A DNA stretch of 56,235 nt, counting the filler, from Sphacelaria rigidula (taxonomy: Eukaryota): NCBI GenBank assembly GCA_964200075.2. It is 6 parts of 6 records of this genome, joined end to end, with 100 filler letters (N's around TTAATTAATTAA, not from the genome) between each part and the next. Parts side by side here need not be neighbours in the genome. Positions count along the whole stretch, not along the records: positions 1 to 9,290 come from CAXNAA020008831.1; positions 9,391 to 18,680 come from CAXNAA020008832.1; 4 more parts are not named here. One strand, given 5' to 3'. Every line of letters begins with the position of its first letter. Positions within the stretch are counted from its first letter, which is position 1. Under the pieces are notes generated by a model. It was given only the letters and a program-made list of their open reading frames with translations, had not been told where the DNA came from and did not search any database. Shown here one piece after another: positions 1-11,718 of the stretch. Both the position numbers and the translations under genes were made by a program.

Positions 1-685
1 CCCCCCCCACCCCCCTCCCATCTTTTTGCCACACCCCGACGCCCCCAAAAAACCCCCCCCCCCCCCCTTGTCCCCCCCCCCCCCCCCCCTCCGGCGGTGC
101 GAGGTCAATGGTCTGATGACTATGGCAAGCATGATCATGAGTACACCCCCCCCCTCCGGCGGTCGTAGGATTCTTTTTTTCTCACATTGAGAAACACTCA
201 ATAAATAGCCATTTCAGGGCGACTTGAGTGAGGTAGCGCCCATGACTGTTGGCCCTATCTGCCACCACAATATTGGACGCAAATTGGCGGTACAGATATA
301 TGCGTTTAGCTGATTGAGCAAGCATTGCAGAGCACTGTGGTATTTGTCTGGTCTCGTTCTTGTCGTGAAAATGTGAAGTGCAATGTATTGCCGAAACTCA
401 TGACTAAAACTTGGCCTTGGCTCCGAAGGCATGCGAAGAAATTAAAGCTTTATTTTCACGAATTTTTATTTATATATATATATTTTATTCATGTATGGGA
501 TTCAGTAACTCCCCCCCCCCCCGGAAACACTTGGGATTCGAAAAATCGGCACAGGGCCTCGCATTTTGAAGGGGAGGGACACTCCTGGCCAAAATCTTTT
601 TTCGAAGAACGTAAAAAACAGTCAAATCGATATCGTTTTTTTCTAGATTTGACTGTTCCGTTATGTTCTCCGACAATAATTCTCG

Positions 686-870
686 TTTGGCAAAAATTAA
701 AACTGCGGCCACCAGAAATCGGGAAGAAATCCTGGAACCACCTCAACTATTTATTCATAGAGCAAGTTTTTCCAAGGTGTCAAGCTCCGCCTAGCTCTCT
801 TTCGGGGCGTGAAACGACGTGAAAGCTAAGAAAGGCACTACTTCAGATTCCATTTTTGTCTGTTATAAGG
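686..870. mobile_element. Partial arm of the long-TIR MITE family also at 40630-41005 and 50791-51230
   Basis: TTGGCAAAAATTAAAACTGCGG...AGCAAGTTTTTCCAAGGTGTCAAGCTCCGCCTAGC...TTTCGGGG aligns by eye with 51044-51170. Confidence 0.6.
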
Positions 871-1809
871 AGCGGCCTCAGGGTTCGGATTATTGTTCCT
901 TGAACAAAAGGAACACGAGAAAATAATATTTATACATGACAATTATCTCACGTTTGTTTTAGGGAAGGTTGGGTTGGAGTTTGGATTGTTGTTATTTGAC
1001 CAAGGAAGGACAATACATCGATGTCCTCACGCCACTTTTTTCTTTTTTCTTCTGTTCACTGCCGATACCCCATACCAAATATCAAAGCACAACTCTCAAA
1101 ACCGGCCCGATGAATCCACTTTCAGGTTTGAACCCGTATATAGGTCAGTGCAGCCCATACAGAGCCACCGCGCGTCGCGACTACAAGCATGAACACAACT
1201 TTGAAGCAAGTGGTGTACTATAGTAGGACTACAGGTTGTGTGCACTCTAGCTGCATGTGCCCCAGTGCATACCAGTAGTATCATGGATACTGTTTCGCAC
1301 TTCTCTGCTGTAGTTTGAACGAGGTGCGCAATCGGGGGATTAAAGGTTTGCGGGTCCGGACAATATCCGGACGTAAGGTCTCGACGTGCTACAGTCAGCT
1401 ATCTGCAAGCCAATTAATCCACTTACCAGGAGATACGTCATAGACGCTTGAGAAACTAACACTGATCGAGATTGGGGATATGAAGCACGGGCTACGTGTT
1501 CGCGACAGACGCCTTAGTTTTATTTTATATGATCATACACTTATCCTCCCGTTCCCTCCCCGAGACGACTCCAAACTGTGGTAGCGCAATGTCCAACATG
1601 TCCACGGCCAACACCTTCGTTGCATATATTTTTTCCGTCTTGTTTTGAATACCGGCCCTCCTCCCCGTCGGGACGGATCTTCAGGCTCAGATTATGAATG
1701 CGTGATGCCCCCGGTACAGAACACAAGTTACTCCTCGTTGTCGAGCATTGGATGATGACTCCAGCACTATCAGCACTGTTACGGCTTCTTGACTTTTTTC
1801 GAATTTTCA

Positions 1810-2200
1810 AAGGGTCGGACAAATCAATGATCCGTTCGAAAATTACCTGGTTCTAGTGTAACTGATTCGAATCGTACGAATCAATCCCTAGGCTGTGTTT
1901 TCAGCGTTGCAACCCAGGTACACGCAGCTCAGACACGTGGAATGACTCAGAAGTTACGTGGATACCCCTTGGAGCAGCGGTCAACTTTTTTTCTCCCTTT
2001 TGGGCAATCAGGCCGAAGAAATCGTGGATTTGGTTATTCGAACCTATGATGATTCGTCGTAACCGTGGAATTGTCATTTACTCATATGTCTTTACGTTTT
2101 CTACGAAAGAAAACAATGAAATATGCACAAGTGCTGTCGGCCTCGACCTTCGAACCTACTCATCCGCCCGAGGTGGGAACGGGATACACAGTGACCAGCG
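1810..2200 (+). mobile_element. Dispersed non-autonomous repeat ('AAGGGTCGGACAA' family), copy 1
   Basis: Start AAGGGTCGGACAAATCAATGATCCGTTCGAAAATTACCTGG recurs at 9225, 18604, 54985 and inverted at 49491; right end approximate. Confidence 0.7.
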
Positions 2201-2310
2201 GGTATGGCAAGTGATGGTTTGATTTTTTGGGGGAGACGAAATCCTGCATCTCTTTGTCCCCAGCCCTTTTCCCACCTCCGACCCTCCTGCGGCATGCCCT
2301 TGTTTTTCAG

Positions 2311-5300
2311 ATCACCTTCGAGCAGAAACTGGCGAATGTGTACGACGTGGCGCCAAAAGTCAGAATCACCGGCCAGGAATTTTCCGGCGTCGACGCTGAC
2401 ACCCTTAAGCTGACATTTGTGCCCAAGCTCAAGTTGGACAAAGACTACACGATGGCCGTTCAGAGCGATACGGTCATCGTGCTGTCACTCAAACCCGGCA
2501 GAAGGTGAGTCCTGAGAAGAGACGAAACAGCAAACCCGGTCAGTTCACTCACTATGCAGTCAGTGAAGCGAAAAGTCCGTCTGGACGCCGTAGTCAGCGT
2601 GTTGAAGAAATTGGAACGTGACCCCTGTTCAATGTGGCCGCATTTTGTGCTGTCGACCAAACTCTACAGATTGAACGCATCGCCGTGCTCTCGCCATAAT
2701 TGCGGATGAATGTAGCGTTTCTCAAGCATTAAGGGGTTATTCGGTGGCGAGTTGGGAACATGCTGATCCCACACCTCGGGAGAGGAAAATCCCGGCGACT
2801 GGTTACTCGAGGTGTAGGAGTTGGGGGGTCTCCTTTATAGGAAAAAACGACGACGAGCGAGAAACTCCGGCCTAACTCTCCCTATGTTCACTCCTTTGAA
2901 GTCCAGATATATTTCAAAAGCGCAGAAATAAGTTGAGATTGACATTTCGAAGCACGGCAACTTCCACCGCTCATCTGGAAGCTGTTCACACATTGACTAC
3001 GAGATGCACGGCGCGCGGCACATAGCCCGAGGCGTAGCTCTCCATCAGCTGGTTGGTTGTGTGCTTGGATTCGCTTCATCCGCCGTGAACCGAAGTAAAA
3101 CCGACTGGTTGGAAACGAATGGATTGGTCAAACAGACTCAACTCAACTTTCACGCATGTTACCTGTTAGTATAAGTGTTGTTGTTGTCCATGGTGATTTT
3201 CGTATCGCACCAACACAAACAAAACGCGCCTCTCCTAACTGGGGTGGACTGTGGGCACCACTGAAGGTGTTCAACATCTTGCATTAGTGCCTTGAGATGG
3301 CTGGGCATGCCTTGATGGAGCACACACTCTACGGTTTCGCATGGCAATCATTGTGACGTGACGAAACACTAACTTTATTCTGATCGGCATGTGAGTGCTT
3401 GCGTTGCATCATCTATTAATAGCTGAAAGTTAACGCTTTTCCCCTTCCCGTCCTTGCGAATAATTATAAAAAATGGCGAAGCCATCTAGGAGAAGAAAGG
3501 ACATATCACGGCGTTATGTTTCGCCACTCCGCATTTGTTTTCAACCCGAATTATGTAAAGAGATGGAATCTTTCACAAACCTTCAGGGTGGGAAATTTTG
3601 GGGAGAGGTGTCCATCGACTAACCGAGGAACATGGCTAGTGTTTTGCTTCACTTAATTTGTTCTTGGGTGTTGGATTTTTTCCAATATATCGAAGTGGAT
3701 TTCTAAAGTCAATATCTATCTTCATTCGAAGAGCCGAAGATGAAATTGAAGCAACTCTCGTCATGCCGTGCCAACGGTTGGTGCGGTTTCATCCTCAAAT
3801 TTGCTTGTTCGATTCCTCACTACTCGAATAAACACTCCAAGATGTGAATATTCCCATGTTCCTGGAAACACCCACGTGATGGTGGATATTTTCGTCAAAA
3901 ATATTTTCCGCCGTACGGCTACCAGTTCGTGTTTTTCGTGTCTCAAGATATTGTGTAGTGATGGAAGTACGTGGACTGATGGACCAGAACGCGCGGTCCA
4001 TTCTAGTTTGGCCATACAGTTGCAGGGGGGTTACTTGTTATGTTACTTGTTGCTGTCATCAGTTGTATCTGTGCTTGAGACACGTTTTGCGGTCAAGTGC
4101 GGGAACCTGGCCTGTCGCTTTGGTGTTTGTACATGAAATGACATGACCTGACCTGTCATGGGTATGCGTGCATTTTCCCCTGTGCAAATGGTGTCGACTT
4201 GCAATTCTTCAGGTGGGCCAAATTCAAGGAAGGTGACACACCGAAGGCCCTGTATCTGGCCTCCGCCAAGGTTGGAGACACGACTGTCCTGGAAGATTCC
4301 GTGCAGGTACGATAACCACGAGGCATCCACGGCAGGTAGCGGTTCCTTTTACTTGGAGGTTTTACTGTTTTGGCTTCCGTAGCGAACCGGCCTAGGCGTT
4401 TTGTCGATTTGTTGAACCCCATGGCGTCAAGTGGACATGCAAAGAAAGAGATTGCCGGCTACAGTTGTTAAGGCTGCACGAAACAAAATTACGAAAGGGA
4501 AGGCTCGAATAAGGTTGGATAAAGATGTCGAGAAAATATGGAAGGAGATAGGAGGAAACCAAGACGAACTACTGTCCATAGGTGAAGGCGCGGGATACAC
4601 GGCAAAGGTAAGAGACATGAATGAAATAAAGGAAAAAGGAGCGCCCAGGCGCGCGAGGAAAAACACCTGGAGATATACGGAGAGTTGAGGGAGGGGATAG
4701 GGATGAAATCATATTTGCATGGCCCCATAGATGCTGCGAATTATCTCAAACTGCGATTTCGGGCTGGGGACCTGGACCTACCAAAAAGAAGGAGATCTAC
4801 GAGTCATCGAGAGGAGAAGGACGAGGACGTGAAAGCACAGAACGGCCCTCTCTGTGGCGAAGCAACAGAGAGCGGAAGTCATGTAGTGGCAAAATGTGGA
4901 CTATACAAGGAGAAATGGGACGTGCAAAAGGGGGAAACGCGAGACGTGAACGAAGGTGGCATCGAATCGTTTGATGCATTGGACAGTAGGGAGAGAACGA
5001 TTGCTACACTAAGAGATATATGGTAGCCACAGACGGCGAAGTAGAACGGAGATGAGATGTAGAAGGTATTTGCGTCGCCAGCCAGCCGTTTGTCCTTGAT
5101 GGCGCCGCTGAATTTGTATAGCCTGTAACAAGTGCCTGTTGATGGACAAAATATACTAGCTGGCGAGTCTAATATTTCTACTCCGTCGGTGAAAATCGCT
5201 GATGGTTTTCCTGCGCAGATCGCGACGATTGTGCCCGCGCCCACGGTGGAGACCTCCAGCCACGAGATATACATGAAGACTACTCCCAAGCTAGTGGTGA

Positions 5301-8300
5301 ACGGCACCAACTTCAACGTGAAAAACACGGAGCTGTACTTTGACCCCCCTCTCGAGGAGGGAGTGCAGATTCAAAAGCAGGTGAAACCAGAGAAACGTCA
5401 AGACTGCGACTCTCGAGGCGTGCCGCGGAACAACCGACGCGCTTTCGTTTGATGGAATTAATGATGGCGGCAGCAAGGGTTGGGTCTTCTTCCCTCTCAG
5501 ATGCACCTCGAAAACCAAATAACGACGAAGGCGCGTTGTATTCAAGGAGGGTGTGGATTTTTTCTTCGAGTCCACCCAGCCCCACCTCCCCCGCGTTTCC
5601 CCCGATTTTGGACAGTTCAGGCTGCAGTGCGCATCACAAATGCCGCATGACCCCACTCGTTGCTGGTGTTCATACCGCTGCCCTGTGAACCTTTGAGGAG
5701 CAGGATCTGATACTCGCCATTGGTTGAAAACCTTCATCCGTAGCCCTTACGAAGGTGGTTGTACCACAAGAACCATAGCTAAAACGTGAAAGCCTCCTCA
5801 AGAGGGTCACACTGTTGGAGTTAATGCAAGACTGTTGGAATGTTCGGTTTGTCTTATTCTTACGTGCTCTTTGGCGAACATTTTCGAAGCTCCGATGCCC
5901 TGTACGCGTGTGCCACCATGACTGTTGGCGTGTATCTCTAGACTACCAAGCGTTTGGAGTATTTTCTTTTGTCCTGAGTCCGTCGATGCCAATTTGCTCC
6001 CAATCCCCAGTGACTTGGTCTTTGATGTACGACACCATGCTCTCGCAGGAATTTTCCCCCAACCGCTTCGCATAAAAAGGCTTGGCGTTTTCCGGGTCCG
6101 GAGCGTGCACGTGTCTGTTTTTTACACACACACACACCCCCCGTGTTTTTCGCGTTTTCAGGTTTTGTCTGGCAACCAGATCAGCATTGTGAAGATCTAC
6201 AACTACGACAATCCCATTACCTGGACGGATGAGCCCGGACCGCTAAGGATCAAGGCTATAAATACCGGTGCTGGCCGTTTGACTGTCGGTGCTGAGGTAT
6301 GCTCGCGTTTTTTTAGCCTGCTTGTAACACCCTTTCAGTTGACCTCGATTTTGGGCCTATTTCAGTAGTTGGGGATTTGTTCTCAATTTTTTCGCATATT
6401 GTCACTGCCTCTCACTCGAACGTGCTGGGGTCGAAAGATAATGACAAAAAAAGAGGTTCGAACTGGAAACAGAATGTCTAAGTTTCTTCGGGGTCATGGA
6501 GAGTAAAGGTCATGTTGAGCGGAGGTGTTGATGGCTGAGACTGGTCTGAAAAACATAGTTTTACGGCCCTAGCGCAATGGATGGGTAAAAATTTAAAAAC
6601 AGAGTTTTGTCCCGTTGACGAGAACACTTTGGTCCATCACGCGATGATACCGAAGTCAACACCTTGGGCTGTGAAGTCAACGGACCCCAGGACCCCTGGG
6701 GACCGGTCAACCCGGAAGTCGCTCATTGTTGACTGCAGCAGTTTTTTCGTTTCGGAATGTGGAGCGGATACTGATGTTTATAATATCCATGAAACCGAGA
6801 TCAAACTTTCAAACTTCCACTCTGATGAGTAATGGCGAGCGAATAACCTCGAAAAACATCGCAGACACGAATGTTGACCACCGTGTGTCTGAGGTTTGCG
6901 TTCACGAAGAGGTATCGATGCCTGCTTCGCTGCTGTCCGTCTTCCAGCCGCAGTCCGTTTGCTGAAACACACCTCTGGTGTTTGAGTTCACCTTGAGTTC
7001 TGTTTTGTGAAAGGCATGCGACAAGAGGGGTGTTTGTGGATGTGATGTCTAACGTGCTGCTCGAAACAAGGGGTTCGTGAGTGTGATTTGATACACCACG
7101 ACACGCTGCTGTAAGTGCTAGGTGGATCTTTCCGAGGTGAAGCATCGTCAATCAGCCTACATGTCCGACATGTCGCCGTTCAAATATCGACATCAACAAC
7201 ATTAGGTACAGTACTATGTACTTCGGACTGCCTTGAGCGATGTTTCAAAGCAGTCCTTGTAGGGCAAAATATCAACCCCACCCCCCTCTCAGCGCTACCC
7301 CATGTTCCTCGCTACCGGGGGATGGCCCTAGATGTTGGATATTAATCTTATGCGTGTTATCCCCGGTGTGTTGGTGCAGGATGGAGGCGTGGTGATTGCC
7401 GAGGTGCAGGCTGACGATGAGGCTCACGGCATCACAGTGGAGGACCACGAGTCTATCGACATCTACCAGTCCACGAAGGAGCTCAAGATCAGCGGACAAG
7501 GCTTCCTTACCGACACCAAGGTCAGACATCAATATTTTCATCCATACGTACTCGTAGTTGCGACCAAGAGTGGCAAGAATGATTCATGATATCCTCTGGT
7601 AAAAGCTATAGGAAGGTGTGTGTTTTCTTGCGGATACTTCACGGACGCCTTCCCTTATTTGGGTAGTCGATAGATCACGACTCTTCTTCAGCAGAGGCGT
7701 TTTCGGTATGTGCACCAGAGATGAAGAACGCTCTTGCATGCAGCTTTTGTGATTAGCGAACCTGTTTTGCACTTCGTTTCCCGGGTGTGTTGGGTGTCTT
7801 CGGCGAGCAGGCCAACGGATCCCACATAAAATTTGTCGGTGGCTTGATGAACCCCGTTTACTGGCCTCACGCCGTTTCCTTCCGATTATAGCGATGATTG
7901 AAGCGAGATTCTACGGTGGCATCTCGTATTGACCGAGCCATGAGAGTTGTATCAACACCGTCGCCGACGTAGAGATGACGGTGTTTTACCCTCGTAAGAC
8001 GAAAGTAAGGGGGGTTTCTTGCCTCCAATAAAAAATCTCGACAGAGCAGGTAGTAGTAGGTTCTTTTGTGTACAAAAATATGCAAAAGCAGGCTGTCACG
8101 GCTCTAAGTGTAATAGTGGAGTGCTGGTTCACCGCATGTCAGTCGATTCTCCATCAGTGTGGTGAAATTTTGCTCGTTTTCAGGAGGTCGGTCGACTTTA
8201 CCTGCAGCACATATGAGGAGCTATTCCGAAATGGACAATGACATTGTAGATTGTACAGTGAAAACACAGTTTCCGTGGTGGTGGTCCAGTGCATCCGCTC

Positions 8301-8995
8301 GGCACCGCCTCCCGTGTTTTGTTTTATTGATTCTGGGTTACTCTCCCCCCTCTCAGGGAAAAAGATATACAGACATTGTACGCGCTCAGCCGCTGATCAT
8401 GATGAGCATCCGCTCATGGAGTTGAATTGTTGTGCTTGATTTGCCTTGCGTTGTTTTTCCCAGGTGCGCTCGCGTATGGCGCGGTAAATATTGCACACCC
8501 TGGACAATATATGGTCAAAAAATGCGATAGACGAGAAGTGTGCTGCATAAAGTATAGCCCTATGGCAACTATTGCCGGCCGACAATCGTCACAATGAGCC
8601 CATACATTATGCTGTACGTTTCTTGTCTGTTGCAACTATTGACCATATATTGTCCAGGGTGTGAAATATTGTGATGATGAACTCTTGTGGAGATAATCGT
8701 GTCGACTCGTCCGTCACATTGACTGGTTTGTGTTCGGTTTCCACATTAAGGGCCACATTCCATACCTCGCGTTTTCATTGCCGTGCTTGCCTGCCAGTTG
8801 GTCATCGAACCTCGGTTCTGATCAACCTCCCCACCACCCACCTGGAAATGACTATACCACTATTATTTGTGTGTCGTATATCTGTAGGTGCGCTTCGCGA
8901 ACGCCTTGCGTGGCGGCGGGACGAACTTCACCATCACGGACACGCAGCCCACCCAGCTCACTCTCAAGCTCCAGGAGGGTAGCACCTGGCGCAAA
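2311..8995 (+). CDS. Partial multi-exon gene (exons 2311-2504, 4213-4306, 5219-5380, 6162-6296, 7380-7520, 8888-8995) for a protein of tandem ~100-aa IPT/TIG-like beta-sandwich repeats; 5' and 3' ends not in contig
   Basis: All six exons have AG/GT boundaries with compatible phases and splice into a stop-free 278-aa peptide. It holds three recurring units: (V/I)Y...(K/E)(V/L)xIxGxxF...LxFxPxL...Y/F...LxLxxGxxW. Confidence 0.88.
4390..5110 (+). mobile_element. Degenerate non-LTR retrotransposon (LINE) 3' fragment in intron
   Basis: Frameshifted peptides KRLPATVVKAARNKITKGKARIRLD and YLHGPIDAANYLKLRFRAGDLDLPKRRR...ESGSHVVAKCGLYKE (decayed CCHC knuckle); homologous to the minus-strand copy at 45240-46720. 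Confidence 0.75.
8487..8670. mobile_element. MITE with ~32-bp terminal inverted repeats
   Basis: AATATTGCACACCCTGGACAATATATGGTCAA ... TTGACCATATATTGTCCAGGGTGTGAAATATT; related ends at 27848-28038. Confidence 0.8.
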
Positions 8996-9224
8996 GTGAG
9001 TATACTTTTTTGCACCCGGCGGGTTGTGTTAGTTTGGTGTTTCGTGACAACTCCCACACCCGCGACCAGTGAATCAATCCCGTCCGAGTTATCGATTGTT
9101 TAGCAACTATTGTTGATGCGGGTTGGCTGTACACGGCATACTTTGTGCCTGATAATGCATTGCTACTACCCGTGGAAATGAATCTGTGTCTCGCCTCGAG
9201 CAGGCACGTTTTCTTGAACCTTGC

Positions 9225-9290
9225 AAGGGTCGGACAAGTGAATGATTCGTCTGAAAATTCCTTGGTTTTAGTATGATGAGTCGACTCGTG
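9225..9290 (+). mobile_element. AAGGGTCGGACAA-family repeat truncated by contig end
   Basis: Matches 1810 and 18604 starts. Confidence 0.7.
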
Positions 9291-9390
9291 NNNNNNNNNN
9301 NNNNNNNNNNNNNNNNNNNNNNNNNNNNNNNNNNTTAATTAATTAANNNNNNNNNNNNNNNNNNNNNNNNNNNNNNNNNNNNNNNNNNNN
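9291..9390. other. Artificial contig linker (N44-TTAATTAATTAA-N44)
   Basis: Identical 100-bp linker with stops in all six frames; occurs five times in the window. Confidence 0.98.
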
Positions 9391-11718
9391 GGTGCGACTG
9401 CGCTCAGCGCAATCTCCAGATGGGAGCCAACGGTCGGATACGTGAGGAGTCACACTGTTTTTGAACGGGTGATTCATGAGGTTTTCCCTACCCACCCCCC
9501 ACAAGCTGGGTTGGGGGCGGGAGTGCATAATGTGACAAAATTCGAAAGCAACTGCACAAATCTTTCTTTACTGCACAAGCCCAAACAACCACGCACAAGC
9601 GCGTCACGCCTAGCACTTGCTCATCTACGCACCACGGGGTTGTTTCCACAGCGATCCGTTTGGCATATTGGAAGAGGGGTGGTCGTGTGTTTACTACAAA
9701 AAGTTTTTCACCATGGTGTCGTTGGCCGCTTGTGCGTGTGTTATACGGCGCCCGTCTGCCAGAAATCATGAGGTTCTATTCATATTTGGATCGATTTTCC
9801 CGGATCCAAAAATGTACTCAATTGACCGATTGCTACGACTAGAGCCGCTCGTTATTCCCAGGACGACACAGTAGCATCACAAGTTGATGATGTATGCTTG
9901 CGCCTTAGGTCCGAGCTGTGTCCCTGGGGTGTACAGCAAGGGTAATTGCGCCGCTGGCCCATGTTCCCCTCGATATCGAACAACCCGTAAAGGTCTTGGC
10001 GAATAGCCAATAAATTTCCATAATATAAAGGATGAAAAAAAAGCGCTATTGCTTCATGGTATCGCGATGGTCAACCAACATGCTCGTCTCCTTTTCTCTC
10101 TTTGCCTCGATAAGACACGGTCTCAGGATGGTCGACGTTCCTCTCCTCGAAAGTTCAAGTCCTAACCCTGAAACCTCGAGTTAACTAGTCAAGACCTTTA
10201 GATTTCCACGGGCGTGGAAATTCAAAATGGTCATTTAGATATGTCCACGATATTTGTCTTCGCTGCAAAACTCGGACGGCGACATTTTAGGAGCCGAAAA
10301 ACAGGTCGTCCAAGCATAGCCGTTCCAAACTCGATGTTTGCTATCATGAACAAGTGCAATATTGAGGAGCATGTTCTACTCCCCGAGGTACAGCAACATT
10401 TTGGTCTGTCTTGCACGACAAGCCCACGTAATTTTACCTTCGTGCAGAACTGAAGAGATGCCGGAAGCATGTTCCATCAATCAATGCAGTACCTCCCGGC
10501 GATACAAATCAAGATACAACAAGCTGCCAGTACCGAACGCTTTGAAGTGCCAAGTTTCAACTTGCTGCCTACATCACACGTCGACCGGCTTATGCACTCC
10601 ACTTGTACGAAACAGTACTGCGGGTGACACGATCCAAATTTCGCACAGTACGCTACTCATAACGTACTCACTGCGTGCGTGCTCACAGAGCATGAACACA
10701 CCGCACCCACGTTGTAGACATAAAATACACAGCAAGAGGGGGAAACGACAGAGCTACTGCTGTCAATAACCATACAACAGGAAGAACAGCACACATCCCT
10801 CCAACCGTTACTTAACCCTCTTGGAACTCACGAAAAACAGTACAAGTTATCATATGCGGGCTTTCGTCACCGGGAAAGCATCACTTTGAGTTCGGTGCAC
10901 GAATCTGCCACATTAGTATACTTAAACTCAGAGTGGTGCACCGTTTTGGTGGACTGCATCAACAACGGCATAAAAATAATAATATATTGCCCAATAAAAA
11001 GTCAATTGTAAATCGTCACTGGTCCATCACTGGTTCCGGAAGGATTGAGGACATATTTTGACACACTCGAGCGTCATACTTCGGCTACACCACGTTGTTA
11101 GCAATTGTAAGATTGTCGTCAATCTCGTGCTAACACCACCACAACAATTCGTTCGCAATGTCCTCACGTGTTCTGATTCCGTCACGCCAATCGAAAAGCG
11201 GTAAACTTTTTAGCGTCAGGCCATGATTGATCACTCGGAGAAGACAAACCACGGCATCGCACTATACATCCCCAGGCAGTGATATCGGCTGGTCAACTTT
11301 TCTTCCTCGTGACGTACTCTATATTTCTTCTCCTTCCCTCCCTCCCACCCCCTGGGGATGCATTCGTAGTCTTAAAAAGAGTCAATCTCTCTCCTCTCCG
11401 ATAACTGCCTTCCAATTTATCACGGAGCACAGGATGATGACCAGCATCATAATCGCAGGCCGTCTTTCCACGACGGAACGCTGTAAAATAAAACATCACG
11501 GTGGGGACCCCGAACCCACAACTACTAATTCACCCAAGCAGGCCAACGCACCATTTATACCACCGGGATGCAGCGATCGGCCAAAACAAAACTCCAGGGG
11601 CCATGCACACATGCTGACCACACATCCATACAGCACCCCCAACCCAGTTCATGCTCGATGAACAAACACACTCTCACCATATTTTTAAAGGAAATGAAAA
11701 CACATCAACTGCAGTAGG

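Noticed and set aside
1..150. Poly-C tracts as telomeric or G-quadruplex elements (also 37390, 46773)
   Set aside because: Homopolymer-rich, probably low-quality contig ends with no regular telomeric unit.
9335..9346. TTAATTAATTAA palindrome recurring every ~9.39 kb
   Set aside because: Embedded in N-runs; an artificial six-frame-stop linker, not biological periodicity.
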